Below are positions 21,916 to 35,608 of a stretch of DNA of 40,308 bases, one piece after another. Within the stretch, counting starts at the first letter, position 1, and the number at the start of each line of letters is the position of its first letter. The position numbers and the translations under genes were made by a program. The stretch covers positions 72,429,961 through 72,470,268 of the forward strand of contig NC_057719.1 in assembly GCF_004010195.1 (NCBI RefSeq). The letters are read 5' to 3'. This DNA comes from Chiloscyllium plagiosum. Lineage: Eukaryota. A model generated the notes under the pieces. That model worked only from the letters and a program-made list of their open reading frames with translations, was not told the DNA's origin and ran no database searches.

Positions 21916-23209
21916 GTGAGATCCTTAAATGAAACTAATTCTTAAAGAAACATGAATGAGACCTCAAAACGAATACCCATGAATGAAACCCAAATGAGCA
22001 ATGCATTTTCACAAGCAGTGTGTCATGTGGATAGCCAAGTTTTAGTCCCTCAGTAGGCTGACTTACATATATGAAATTTTGAGGAGACACAGGACAGGAC
22101 AGAGTGTATATGATATTGAGGAACAATGAAACTGATTGTCTTTTTCTGTATAATCATATTTTCTGTTGCTTATCTGTACAAACTTTATCTTCAAAATCAA
22201 TGCACGAAGTAGATGGGTTTCTAAAGCAGCCCTCAACTTAAGGATGAAAGTGAAAGAGATTTAGGTTAAACATACCCAATTAGTGCAAAGCAAATAAATG
22301 TTGATCTGTGCAATCAGAACAGTCGAATGGTAGTGGAAAGGGTACCGTACATTGTTTAATATATTGAATACTGCATCCTCAGCTGGCTACCAAGAGATAA
22401 GGAAACTAAGTGAAGAAAGGGGCTAAACAGTTTAGTCCTGATGTTATGTATCTAATTATTAGGAAGAGAGATATCTCAGAAGTGATCTTGTAGAGATATA
22501 AATAGTAAATATAGGAAAGTTTTTTAAATCAAAGATGGGAGTTGGACAAGAAAAAAAAGATTCAAACTACAGAAAGGAAACTTCATGATTGATATCCGAA
22601 AGTTCTACATGAAGAGAGCAATCGATGATGAGAATAGATTTTCAGGCAGATGGCAGTGTTAAAAGCATGAGTCTCATCAAAGAGACAAACACAGTAAGAA
22701 CAGAGGGGCTGTATGGTTTTTCTGGACGAATAGGTATAGTGGGCTGAATGACCTTAATTATTTGAAATTACCCTGAATTCCTGTGGGTTTTGTTTTATTT
22801 CAGTGCCCTTACAGCTGTGCAACAAATTCAAGTTGGGCAAGTGTGACAGTTATTTGTTATTTGTTCATATGCTCTGGTTATTACAGACAGGGCCAGCATT
22901 TATTGCCCTTTCTTCAATTACTCATGAGAAGGTGGTGATGAGCTAATTTTATGCATGGCTCCAGTCCTTGCGATTTGGATGTACTTACAATGCTGTTGGG
23001 AAGGGAATTCCAGACTTTTGGTCCCCTGAATAGCAATATCGTTCCAAAGCACAATGGTGTTTGTTGCCCTTGTAAGGAATGACCACTGTCAGCTGAACCT
23101 TCGGAACAACCAGCAGGGATACATGATTCAAGAATGGTAAACTCATAATATCACTTTCCCTCTTTCTGTAATCCCAAAGTTAAAAGCAAATTTATTGCTT
23201 TATTTCCAA

Positions 23210-23440
23210 TTTTCACACAGAGGGTTGCAAACCTGTAGAATTCTTTATCACAGAGGGCTGTTGAGGCTGAGTGACTAAGCCTGAGATTGACAACATTTTA
23301 ATCAGTAAGGGAGTCAAGGGTTATGGGGAAAAGGCAGGAAAGTGGAGTTGAGAATTATCCCATCAGCCATAATCTGATTAAATGGCTGAGCAGATTCAGT
23401 GGGTTGAATGGCCTACTTGTGCTCTTGTATCTAATGATCT
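23210..23440 (+). mobile_element. CR1 3' end fragment
   Basis: Homologous to the 3' end of the CR1 at 2342-2600 (AEID.FL...GVKGYGEKAGKWS plus 3' UTR). Confidence 0.75.
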
Positions 23441-24025
23441 TACATCCATCATTCACATTCTTGCTGACATACTGCTTTCGAACATGAGCCAGGAAGTTCT
23501 GAAAATATGGACAAGAATATTTCAAAGCAGACTGTGCAATTCAATTTGAATAGTTATGTGGTCCGGAGTTGTTTATGCAATTTATTGCAGGATAGGATTG
23601 GTTGCCAGATAACTTGTCGCCACTCATATTCCGCATCCACCTCCTCCCACCCTGTCCATCACATTATTCTTTTGGCAATCACAGGCCAAAATAGAGTTAA
23701 TGTTCGAAATTCATCAAATATGTTGCGGTATTTTGAATAACCTTGTGAAAGGGTGTCTCTTTATTTCAGTATGGCAATGCATAAGCTGAAAACTGACAAA
23801 ATCTTTTGTATAGGATGAGAACATTATTTCCCCAAACCATAGAGCAGTGTAAGAAAAAAATTCCAATTTAACTATCATTTTGTAACAATTTTAGTACTAA
23901 CAACTTGAATGCTTATTATCATTTCCTTGCATCATCCTGTTTGGGAGTGTCCCACTTGTGTTTCACTGACTCCAGACAGTATCTTAGGTAATCAGGAAAC
24001 GAAACGCCATAATATAGCCTAGTTA

Positions 24026-24507
24026 GGGTGGCATAGGGGCTTAGTGGTTAGCAATACTGCCTCACTGTGCTGGGTGCTGGGTTCAATTCCAGCCTCAGGC
24101 GGCTGTCTGCATGGAGTTTGCACATTCTCCCCGTGTCTGCGTGGGTCCCTTCCAGGTGCTCCGGTTTCCTCCCACAATCCAAAGGTGTGTAGGTTAGCTG
24201 AATTTGCCATGCCAAATTGCCCATAGTGTTCATGTATGTGTAGGTTAGGTGCATTAAATGTCGAATAATAGGGGAATGGGTCTGGGTGGGATAGGAGAAT
24301 CGACGTTTCGGGCATTAGCCCTTCTTCGTCGATTCTCCTGTTCCCTAGATGCTGCCTGACCTGCTGCCCTTCTCCAGCAACACATTTCCATCTCTGATCT
24401 CCAGCATCTGCAGACCTCATTTTCTCTTCTGGGTGGGATACTCTTAGGAGGATTGGTGTGGACTTGCTGGGCCGAAGGGCCTGTTTTCACACTGTAGGGA
24501 TTCTATG
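24026..24507 (+). mobile_element. HE1-type SINE interrupted by a Penelope-like pLTR insertion
   Basis: tRNA head with GGGTTCAATTCC, central domain and gggattctatg tail; sequence is continuous across 24294-24427. Confidence 0.88.
24294..24427. mobile_element. Short Penelope-like pLTR insertion with inversion
   Basis: Perfect 13-bp TSD TCTGGGTGGGATA (24281-24293, 24428-24440) and inverted repeat aggagaatcgacg / cgtcgattctcct. The minus-strand hammerhead lacks the first CU of its core. Confidence 0.88.
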
Positions 24508-27289
24508 TTTACATCATGAGGGCTGTCAATTGAACTGGTTAGGAGAAAATAAGCCAACATTCCAAAGCTTGAGCGAAATCATCCCACATTCCCTGAAGGA
24601 TAATTCATCAGTGCTTCTTTTCAAGCATATCTTCAAACACACAGTTTTTCTTTGGAGGATAGTGTGGAAGCGATGGAATGATTCCCGGGTTAATTATCAG
24701 CCCATTTAACTGTGTCATGAATGCTACTTATTACTATTACATCCAGTCAGTAACATTAGAAGAATTTGTCCTGCGAATGTGCTCCAGGGGTTAAACATCT
24801 AGACAGGAGGCAGTGGATTGTTTTGTGTATCAAATTGTGTTGAATCTTGAATTAGTTTCATTGCAACAGATTTATACAGTTGTGTTTTGAAGGGTTATAC
24901 CTCTCTATTGTCTTTCTGTAAACTAAATCTGCTATTCATTGTGAACTGTAATGTGATTCCCTCATAATTATTCTATTCCAGTAATTTCAATTGATATGTT
25001 TAAAAGACAAAGGAGATAAAGGAAAAATGTAAGACTCACTAATATGTGTCTCTCTGTGTAATATCTGTCTGCAGCTGATTACTTTTTGCTGGTAACCACA
25101 AACTGCTTGCATTAAACTAGTTAATTCACTGAAGTGTTGATACAAGCATAGGTTGTTTTTGGCATTGAAGCAGTTTTGTGCAAATAGGCATATTCCAGGT
25201 TTTCTGAATTCAAAGGAAACTGAGATGTTTCATTTTAAATAGAAATTAGTTTAGTTGCAGCACAGAATCTTTTCTTACATTATAGTGACACAGATTGGCT
25301 ACTTGATTATCAACATCTTAATAATTCCAGAGCCACTTTACAAAACTAAAAACATGGGGGAAAGAGAAAAAAAAGTTCAATATTGTATGATTATTTCTGG
25401 CAATATATTGTAAAGGAATGCAACAAATATGAAAACACTGGACATGTACGGCAGAATCTTATTAGAAGGCACTATCAAATTTAGGAATATAATAAGATAA
25501 CTAGCTGTTTAACTTGATCAAGTTCATTCCTGCCTGATTTCAGAGTTAAATAAATCTTGCAGTATGTTTGCGCCTGTCCTTGAATAGCATTCACACTAAA
25601 CACTTGCATCGGGGGAGACTTGCCAGTTCTCAGCCACACCACTGAATAGAGTACTGTAAGGAAGCAGAGTGCTCCACTTCAGGTAGGATAATTAAGCATA
25701 AGGCTCGTGTTGTCTTGCAGATGTTTGCATTTTATCAGTTGACTGCAGGCTACCCTCATCCAAAGAGTGAAATCAGGCATAAATTACATGGAATTAAAAT
25801 CAGATGCAAATGGTATTGATTGTTGAATAAGAGGGTCCTGAATTTACTTGAACTACCATAACCCATCAATGATGGTAAGAAACTTCCTGTTTGGCATTTT
25901 CCATTTCTGAAGAAAACTAGAGCTTTGCAGCAATTTTTGAAATAAATCTTCTTGCAAAGATCTCTGACTCTACCTAAATGCTTCACGAATTCTGCAAAAG
26001 ATTGAATTGCCAACTGCCATATTGAGCCACACAGTTGTTACTGCCATTGACTCAATCTAAACCAGTAGGTTTTACTGGTCACTCTCCTCCAGTGACAGTC
26101 AGAAAAGCTCCTTATCTGGCTATTATTTGACCACTTCAGGGCCTCAGTTGGTTGCCTGGCACCTACCCTACAGCTCGTACATTACATGAAGGATCAGGTG
26201 ATGGGCTCAACATTCTAAGTCATCCAACCATTTTTATACATTCCCAATCTCCCTGCTCCCTCGTAGAGCAAATGTAAAATTCCAGTGATGGAACCATACA
26301 GCACAGAATGAGGCTGGTGGAAAGGCTCTGACAATATGTTTGTCTGTTTGAGACTGAGCTGAGAAATGAAACTGTAATGTTACCTTGTTTTTCACAGCAA
26401 ATAAATGAATAGATCATATTCCTCCTTTCAAATAGATTTTACCAGGATCTATAGCTGCTTTTAACTAATATTAGTGCAGTATAGTTTGAGGTAAGTGTCC
26501 ACATATTCAGATGTAGCTTTAAAGAATTTGGCTGATCAGATCATTCAGCAAACGTTTGGAACATTGATAGCAATCAGAACGCAATTAATTTAGCTGTTTA
26601 ATATGAACCAAAATTTGCAGTTCAGGAACATTGTCCAGTTCAATCCCACCCTTTACAAACCAACACTAAAAAGTGTTTCTAGCTCTCTGCTTTCATACAA
26701 ATATTGAACTTATCAAAGCAACTTATGGTGTAAATCACATTACCATTGTAAATGTGCTGGAATTATTTTTTTGTCAGGAAATGTTTACTGTGATTGTGTC
26801 CATGAAAAAATAATCAACATTTTCTCATGTACAGTGAACTTTTTATTAAGATTAGCATTAAAGAGTTAAAGGAGGATATAGTGTATTATTTTGATGTACT
26901 GAAGTGGATTTTCTAAATTGTGAGAGTCATTATGATCCAACTTAATTTACACCATTTCATCAGATACATTTCTCCATTTTGAAGTTAATTCGGAATATCT
27001 GTGTGGCATTTTGCATGTTATGAGAAGTGTAGGTGAAATAATAATGTTGCACGGGCTCTATTCCAAAGATACTCTCAGGACTTGGTTGCAAATACCACCA
27101 TCAGACTGTGAAATTTGATTTTTTTAAAAAGATTGGAATGAAAGTCTAATAATGACTATAAAAGCATTGTTTGTTGTCATAAAAACCCATCTGGTTCCTT
27201 TAGTAAAGGAATTCTGTTTTATTCTGCATAATTACGTATGACTTCAGACCTACAGCAATGTGCTGACTCTTTAATGCCCAACAGCTTGA

Positions 27290-29900
27290 CATAGTCATAC
27301 TCAAAATCAGTACTTTCCATATATCACCATCCTGGGATAAGACATGTCCCAGCAGGGGTACAGTTGGAAGTTGCCCCGGGAGTCCTTAACATTGACTTTG
27401 TACAACATCCAGTCTCATGCCACTTGGTCAAACAAGGGCAAGGATCTCCTGTTGATTATCATGTACTTCACTCTCACCCCAACTCAGCTTATGAATTAAT
27501 ATTCTTCCATGCACTGGTAAAGGCACAGAATATACTCAGGGTTGGCAACTTCAATGTCCACCATCAACAGTAGCTCAGCAGCACTGATACTGACCAAGTT
27601 GGTTGTTATAGCAACCAACTGTATCTGAGGTAGGAAATGAAAGAACCAAAAGAGATTGGACCTCATCCTCAGCAAACATTTGCCGCAGATAAGTCTGTCC
27701 TTGACAATATCAGTTGAATGACTACTACTCATCCTTAATAAAGACAAAGTCCCATCCTCACATTTCTAATACCATCCATCATGTGTGGCACCACCAGCAT
27801 ACTAAATGGGATACATTTCAAACAGATTTAGTGACTCAAAACTGGGCTTTGATAAGGCACTGTGTGCCATCTTGAGTAGCAGAATTATACTCCCAACACA
27901 ATCTTCAATTTCATGGTCTAGAATATTCCCCATTCTACCATTACCATCAATCCAAGAGGCAAACCCTGGTTCAATGAAGAATGCAGGAGGGTATGCCAGA
28001 AGCAGCAATAGGAATACCTGATCTGATGTGTCAACCTATTGAAACTACAATGCATGACTGTTTAAATGTCAAACAGCAGAAGCACTAAGTGACAGAGTTA
28101 AACGATTCCACAACCAGTGGATCAGATCTAAGTTCTGCAGTCCTGTCACATCCAGTCATGAATGGAAAATTACTGGTGGCAGAGTCTCCACAAATACCAC
28201 ATCCACAATAATATGAGAGCTCGGCATATCAGTGCAACAGCATTTACAACTATCTTCAGGCAGACTGTTGAGTGGACGATCAAACACGGCTTTCTTTGGA
28301 GGTCCTCGACATCACTGATGCCATTCTTCAATCAGCTTGTTCCACCACACAATCTCAGGAAATAGCTGGAAACACTGGATATTGTGAACCTTGACAATAT
28401 TCCCACAATAGCAAGGTAGACTTGCGCTCTAGAACATGCTGTGCCCCTACCCTGGCAGCTCCATTGCATCAATGGCATCTACCCAGAAATAACCAAAATT
28501 GCTCGGGTACATCCTGCATAAAAACAAAACATTACAAATCAAACCCAGAAAATTAGTCTACTTTAAATCAACATGGAAGGTGTTGCAAGAGTGTTCTCAA
28601 CTATCATTTGTATAGCAATGCCCTGCTCACTGACTCTCAGTTTGGATCTGTCAAGGTCACTCAGCTCCTGACTCATTACAGCCTTGGTTCAAAAATGGAC
28701 AAAACAGCTGAACTCCAGAGGGGAAGTGAAAGTAACTGCCCTTGACATTAAAGTCACATTGATCAAGTACAACATCAAAGAACCCTAGCAAAACTGGAGT
28801 AATTAGAAATCAGGGAGAAACTCTCTGCAGGTACAAAGATGGATAGCCATTGTTGTTGGAGGTTATCTCAACTCCCAGACAGAAAAATGTAAGAGCTAGG
28901 AGCAGGAGTAGTCAATTCAGCCCCTCAGGTCTTCTCCACCATTCAGTATGGTCATGGTTAATCTCACCTTGGCCTTAACTCTACTTTCCTGCTGCTCTCC
29001 ATAACCTTTCAACCTTTTATTATTAAACGTCTATCTCCTCTTTAAATTTACTCAGTGTCCCAACATCCACCACACTCTGGGCTACTGAATTCCATAGATT
29101 CCATTGATGAGAGAAGCAATTACTTCTTATCTCTGTTTTAAATCTACTGCCCCTTGTCCTAAAGATTGTACTAGATTGTCCCATTCTGTCTATATCTATT
29201 TTGTCAATCACTTTAATATTTTATATATCTTGATTAGATCTCCTCTCACTCTTTAAACTGCAAAGAAAATAGCCTAAGCTGCTCCATCTGTCTTTATAAG
29301 ACAAATTCATCATCTCTGGAATCAATCTAATGAGCCTCCTCTGAATTGCCTCCAATGCAAGTTCATCCTTCCTCAAGTAAAGGCACCAAAACTATATGCA
29401 ATACTCCATGTGCAATCTCACTACTACCTTATCCAGTTGTAGCAACACTTTCCTACTTTTACACTCTATTCCATTAGCAATAAATGCCAAACTTCCATTT
29501 GCCTTCCTTATTCCCTGCTATTCCTGCATTCTATCTCTCTACAACTCATACATACATTCATCGGGACATCTCTACATGAGTTCCTCAGGGTAATGTCAGT
29601 CCAACCATCTTCAGCTGCTTCATCAATTACCTTCATTCAATACTAGGATCTGAAGTGGGGATGTTCACTGATGATTACACAATGTTCAGCAGATTCAAGA
29701 CACAAGTGTGATAGAATACTCACCTGTCTGCATAAAGATGATTATTTCCTAACAGCAATTTCCTAACAGCAATTGTAGGTGTACCGAAACCAAATGAACT
29801 GCAGCAGTTCAAGAAGGCAGCTTACTTCTATCTTCTCAAGGGGAACTAGAGATGGACAGCCATTCAGTGACGTCCACATCCTCTGAGTGAATTAAAATAA
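27290..29900 (+). mobile_element. Decayed CR1/L2-type LINE ORF2 and 3' end, interrupted by an antisense CR1 3' fragment (about 28880-29560)
   Basis: Endonuclease-like KAQNILRVGNFNVHHQ, RT-like TALDIK and PTIFSCFIN...MFTDDYTMF segments; its 3' end resembles the SINE tails. Insert ORF 29023-29211 (-) is a CR1 C-terminus. Confidence 0.7.
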
Positions 29901-30395
29901 ACCTTGATAGCAGAGGTTGTAGAGGATCTGTGTATGTCAAATTGCAGCCTTAAGGGTTTTCAGCGCTCCTTGCACTCATTAACAGCTGAATTACCACAGC
30001 ATCTCCTGAGATATAGAGTACAGAAACTATCCAGCTATTGGTTTGTCATTTAACGAAATCAAAACATTCCTGTGCCTTTGAACGATATCGTTTAATATGT
30101 GGACAAGGTCTGATCTCAGTCCAAAGTGTTGCTGAACCTATAACCCCTACATGGGATCCTTCTTACAGTATGAGCAAGTTGTAGGCCCAGTGTTACTTGA
30201 TCTGCCCTGCAATGTTTCTGCTTCTGTCATACCTGCTTATTGTCTTGCAGTATCACATTAGATGTTAGTGCCTGGAAAAGGGAGTGAAGTTGGGTTCATA
30301 GCCTTTACAAAATCAGCAGTTGACATGGGGTGAAGCCACCCTAGAGGAGTGTAGAGCAATAGTTGAGTAGAGCTGTTTGAAAATCATCATTCTTT

Positions 30396-31024
30396 AGGGT
30401 GTAGGTTTGCTCGCTGAGCTGTAGGTTTGATATCCAGATGTTTCATTACCTGGCTAGGTAACATCATCAGTGGCAACCTCCAAGTGAAGCGAAGCTGTTG
30501 TCTCCTGCTTTCTATTTACATGTTTGTCCTGGATGGGGTTACTGGGGTTTGTGGTGATGTCATTTCCTGTTCATTTTCTGAGAGGTTGATAGATGGTATC
30601 TAGATCTGTGTGTTTGTTTATGGCATTGTGGTTGGAGTGCCAGGCCTCTAGGAATTCTCTGGCATGTCTTTGCTTAGCCTGTTCCAGGATAGATGTGTTG
30701 TCCAGGTCGAAATGGTGTTCTTTTTTTCCTCTGTGTGTAGGGCTATGAGGGAGAGAGGGTTGTGTCTTTTTGTGGCTAGCTGGTGTTCATGTATCCTAGT
30801 GGCTAACTTTCTTCCTGTTTGTCCTACGTAGTGTTTGTGGCAGTCCTTGCATGGAATGTTGTAGACGACGTTGATTTTGTCCAAGGGATGTACTGGTCTT
30901 TTAACCAGGTAATGAAACCAGGTAATTAACCAGGTAATAATGAAGCAGGAGATCAAAACTACAGCTCAGCGAGCAAACCTACACCCTAAACCTCAACCTG
31001 AGCTACAAACCTTCAAAACCTTGC
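30396..31024 (-). mobile_element. 5'-truncated Penelope-like retroelement (GIY-YIG endonuclease region, pLTR and inverted partial pLTR)
   Basis: ORF 30648-30956 gives NVVYNIPCKDCHKHYVGQTGRKLATRIHEH (GIY-YIG). Perfect 13-bp TSD ATCATCATTCTTT (30383-30395, 31025-31037). 30396-30430 is inverted relative to about 30950-30990. Confidence 0.92.
30434..30473 (-). ncRNA. Hammerhead ribozyme motif in the Penelope pLTR
   Basis: Minus strand reads CCA-CUGAUGA-U-GUUACCU(AGCC)AGGUAAU-GAAA-C-AUC-UGG: core, 7-bp stem II and stem I CCA/UGG. AUC and AAU are consistent with CpG decay from GUC and AAC. Confidence 0.75.
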
Positions 31025-31259
31025 ATCATCATTCTTTCTCAGGAGGAATTTTACAGGCTATACATTTCTCTCTGCTGCTTGGTGAGCTTGTAACATGGTC
31101 AAATTCAAAGGAAGCCACAAAGGATTAGGAACAGACAGTGGTAAATTGTATCCCATAATTTAAGACGACTACTTCCAGAATTCCTTGTGTAGAAATTGTG
31201 GCTTTCAACAAAGTTATCACAGACCTCTTCAGATCCATGAACTGCTGAGGTGAATCGGT

Positions 31260-31800
31260 TCAGCTTTGCTGTCAGTACACCTACAATACTGACAGGGAGA
31301 GAAATCCAAGACTTTGACTCAGTTATGCTGAAGGAACAGCAACATATTTCTTCTTCAGGACAGTGAGTGCCTTGGAGAGGAACTTGCAGGTGATGATGTT
31401 CCCATGTATCAACTGCCCTTGTCCTTCAGGATGGAAGTGGTCATGGGTTTGAAAGGTGATATTTGGGGAGCTTTGGTGAATTTTTGCGGTACATCTAGTA
31501 CACACTGCATTGGTATTAAAAGGAGTGAATGTCTGTGGATGACGAGCCAATTAAATAGGCTACATTAGCCTGGATGATGTCAAGCTTCTTGAGTGTTATT
31601 AAAGCTTACACTCATCCAGGCAAGTGAAGAATATTCCATCATACTCCTCCTTGTGTCTTGTAGATAGTAAGCTTTGGTGAATCAGGAGGTGGATTACTCA
31701 CGATTGGATTTGTACTCTGATTGGATCTTATATTGACAGTATTTATAAAACTAATGCAGCTCATCAATGGTAATCCCTAGAATGTTAATAGTTAATTGTA
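31260..31800 (-). mobile_element. Decayed LINE 3' region (same type as 27290-29900)
   Basis: ORF 31323-31550 and flanks give decayed RT C-terminal and 3' motifs related to 29700-29900. Confidence 0.6.
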
Positions 31801-32287
31801 ATGTTGCCTGATGGATTCAAACTGGCAATAGATATATTTAGGAAATGATGTTAGAAAGTTAATTATGTAAAGAGTAAAACCTTTGCCATTGTTTTAGAGA
31901 CTTTTGTACCAAAATGGGATAACTGTGGAATTTCCAAGGTGGAAGAAATTAAATTAGTCTGAAAGACTTTGCTAGTTCATGTCCCATAAACAATCTTTGA
32001 CTATAAGGTGATGAAAGGGAATTGTCCCTGCTTTTCCCACAGAGATTGGTGAAAAGCACTTCCAATCATTTTGTTGCATCCCAACGGAGAATGGATCTGT
32101 TGTCTGCTGGCCTCTCTTCCCCTACACGCTGCAACTCAAATTGGTTTTATTAATGCATTCAGTCACTGTCTTGGACATCCTGAAAAGCATCATGTCAGTG
32201 AATATCTGCCATTCTTAAAATCTTTCTGCAGCTTTAAGGCTCAGAAACAGAAAGAAAGAAAGATTTGCATTAATGTATTATGACCCT

Positions 32288-33089
32288 CAGATAAGTGTGA
32301 GGTCTTGCATTTTGGGAAGTCAAATCAAGGTAGGAGTTTCATGGTGAATGGTAGGGCCTTAAGGAATGTAATGGAATAGAGGGACCTGGGAGTTCAGGTG
32401 CATGGTTCTCTGAAAGTGGAGTCACAGGTAGATTAGGCAGCGAAGAAGGCTATTGGCACACTGGCCTCCATCAGTCAGGGCATTGAATAAAGAAGTTGAG
32501 AAGTTGTGTTGCAAGTATACAGGACTTGGTGAGGCCACAATTGGAGTATTGTGTTCAATTCTGGTAACCTTGCTATAGGAAGGATGTTATTAAACTGGAG
32601 AGAGTGCAGAGGAAATTTACAAGGCTGTTACCAGGACTCAAGGGTCTGAGTTATAGGGAGAGGTTGGACAAGCTAGACTTTTTTTCTTTCGTGCATATGA
32701 GATTGAAGGGGAATCTTGTAGAAGTCTATAAGATTATGAGAGGCATGGAGAGGGGAATGCACTCAGTCTTTTTCCCAGGGTTGGGGAATTGAGGATTAGA
32801 GGGCATCAGTTTAAGGTTGGAGGGGAAAGAATAAAAGGGAAGCTGAGGGGTAATTTTTTTTTTTACACAGTGTGTGATATGCATGTTTAATGAACTGCCA
32901 TGGAAGTGGTTGAGGTGAGTACATTAACAGCATCTAAAAGGCATTTGGACAATACATGGATAGGAAGTCATTAGGAGGATATGGGCCAAGTGCAGGGAAA
33001 TGAGATTGGTGTGGCTGGACATTTTGGTCAGCATGGACAAGTTTGGGCCAAAGGGCCTGTCTCTGTGCTATAGGACTCTACGACTCTGA
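32288..33089 (+). mobile_element. CR1 3' fragment inserted in an old SINE
   Basis: KCEVLHFGKSN, RPQLEYCVQFW and QRKFTRLLPGLKGLSYRERLDKL motifs; gactctacgactctga tail. Confidence 0.88.
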
Positions 33090-33420
33090 TTCAGATGTCT
33101 CAAAGAGCCTTGCAGTTAATCATTTTGTTGATGTACAAAATGATGTGGACAATTTGTGCTTAGCATGCTCTCACAAACATCAGTGTGATCATTACTAGAT
33201 AATCCGCTTTTTGTGATTTTGGTTATTGGATAAATATTAGCCAAGCCATGAGGGATATTACACTTGCTGTTCTTCAAAATGGTGCTATGGGACCTTATAT
33301 ATTCACTCAAGCAAGCACATGGATCTCAAGTTTAAAGTCTCATCCAAGAGATGGCACCTTTCACAATGCATTGTTCACTCATGACTGCATCAGACTAACC
33401 ATTGGTGAAGACTGTTTTTA
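33090..33420 (-). mobile_element. Old Deu-domain-like SINE remnant (related trace near 25600-25730 +)
   Basis: Resembles the reverse complement of SacSINE1/AmnSINE1-type sequence (cttgctgttcttcaaaatggtgctatggga...gtctcatccaagagatggcacct). From recall only. Confidence 0.5.
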
Positions 33421-33851
33421 CTCTCTCATATGACTTACGTATTGCTGCCTTGGCCAACATTTGTTGCCCATTCCTTACTAGCCTTGGGAAGATGGTGGTG
33501 AGCCACCTCTTGGAACCACTATAGTCCATGAGGTGCCAATTCAAACAGTTAGCTCACTTTTATTCTTTCTGATGCAGATTGCATATAAACCTCATGCTAT
33601 CTGCTCATTAACATGTTGGAAGCAACCAACTATAGTTAAATGTACTATAGGATGTACTTGAACATGCAGTGCAAATTTGTGAGAGTATAACATCATATAA
33701 AGTTCGCCTGTGTTATTTAACACCAGACAGTACTATTTAAAGGAGAGGTGAATTTTAACTGAGCTGATTCCTGAAGTGGTTTGGAATGAGTGTCCACATA
33801 GGCAAATTGTTGAAAAAATGGGATAAAAGGACATTGATGTTTATTTGTACA

Positions 33852-34055
33852 TCAAGGTTCTTGAACATAGCACTAGAATCCTTGGTATAAAATATGGGCA
33901 GGAAGGGTCACCTATTCAAAGGGAATCAAGAGATCTTCCAGACAGATATATGAAAGTAATGGGAGCAGTTAGCCTTTGCAGTCAATGCTAATATTGCCTT
34001 GAGGACCAAGATGCAGTGACACAAAAAGTCTAATGGTCTCTTACTAGTGCCCAGG
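33852..34055 (+). pseudogene. Decayed Myb/SANT-like DNA-binding ORF of a Harbinger transposon
   Basis: Translates with frameshifts and stops as SRFLNIALESLV...KRSSRQIYES.WEQLAFAVNANIALRTKMQ*HKKSNGL, matching the RF...LE.LV / W..IA..VNA / RT..QC.KK.N.L pattern. Ends at a gtgagt donor. Confidence 0.7.
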
Positions 34056-34894
34056 GTGAGTAAATGCATCTTCAAATGCCAGATCCAAATGAATGAAGTA
34101 CTAACTTCACATACTGCTCAGTACACCACACTCCTAACATTCACCACCGACAATTTCTATCAGCGATGGTTCAGATTTAAACTCTATAGCCAGACCTCAG
34201 CATCACACATCTAGCACAATTGCAAGCCTCACACCCACATGTCTCAGCTTCAAACATATTGACAACTGCGTAGTGCAGAGGATAATGTGGTACATAACTG
34301 AAGGCAACAGTGTCTAAACAGCTGGGGATGGGAAGGGTGCAGTTTTAACTGCTGACTGTATGCCTTACACCTGTAAACCAGCATGCGTACAGCTCTGCAC
34401 CCTATACTATGGGGAAACTTGCTGTACAAGTGAATCTATATACATGTTACACTTTGGATCAAAAGGGAGAAATGTATTCTTTCTCTTCACATGCAGCTTT
34501 CCTGCACAACAGTGTGTGGTGCAGTGTGAGAAGTTGGACATATTCTCTGCTCTATAATGTCATAATATTATAAGATATGGGAACAGGAAAAGACCATTTC
34601 TATCATGGATTCTATTCTGCCATTCAATTTAGTCTGCCCCATAAGTCTTCATTCACATAAATCAAAAATCTGTCTTAATTAACTTTGAGCATATTCAATT
34701 ATCCAGTCTCCAATGCTGTCAGTAGGAGAGAATGCCAAACTAACATCTCCTTGAGAGAAGAAATTACATCTCATCTCATCCTTCATGGGAGCCTTCTTAT
34801 CTTTAAAGTGTTCCCACAGTTCTAGATTCCTTTCTGAAAGGAAACATCCTTGTCCTATGTACTCTCTCAAGCCCACACACGATCCTACATGTCT

Positions 34895-35035
34895 TATCCT
34901 GCAGATGCTGGAAATCTGAAACAAAACAGAAATTGTTGGAGCAAGTCTTGTATCATCTATGGAGAGAAATGAGAGTTAATGTTTCGGCTCCAGTAGTCTA
35001 GATGCTTCAGATGAAGGGTCATTGGAACGTTATGT
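34895..35035. mobile_element. Old Penelope-like pLTR remnant with decayed hammerhead halves in both orientations
   Basis: ctgcagatgctggaaatctga end motif shared with other pLTRs; minus-strand CCGAAACAUUAAC and plus-strand mutated core CAGAUGAAGGGUC. Confidence 0.55.
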
Positions 35036-35608
35036 TGAACAGAATTTCCCTACTTTTATACTCACCTCTTTCAATAAAGACCAACATACCATCTCTCTTC
35101 CAAATCACTTGATGTACCAACATACTAACATGTTGTGATTCAAATATAATGACACCCAGATCCCACTAAACCACAGAATTCTGCTGTTTCTCTACATAAA
35201 AATAAAATTCTGCTTTCTATATCTTCCTACCAAAGTGGAGAACCTCACATTTTCCCACATTATACTCCATCTATCAAACTTTTGCTCACTCAATTAACCT
35301 CTTTGCATTTCCTCACAATTTATTCTTCCCTTTTTTCTTCAGCACATTTAGTTACAATTTAGTTGGTCTCTTCGATCAAATTATTAATACAGATGGTTAA
35401 CAGTTGAGATCGCAATGCTAATTCCCACAGCATTCCACCAGTTACAATTCATCAATTTTACAATTGATTCAGATTCTCTGTATCCCATTAGCCAGTCCTC
35501 TATCCAAGCTATTTATCACCCTTACACCGTGTTCTCTTATCTTGTGAACTTTACGTGACACTTTGTTGAATTATCTACTGGGTTTCTTTAATCTACTATG
35601 CTTTTTAT

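Noticed and set aside
29744..29774. 14-bp tandem duplication ATTTCCTAACAGCA
   Set aside because: Local duplication at a deletion junction in a dead LINE, with no sign of function.
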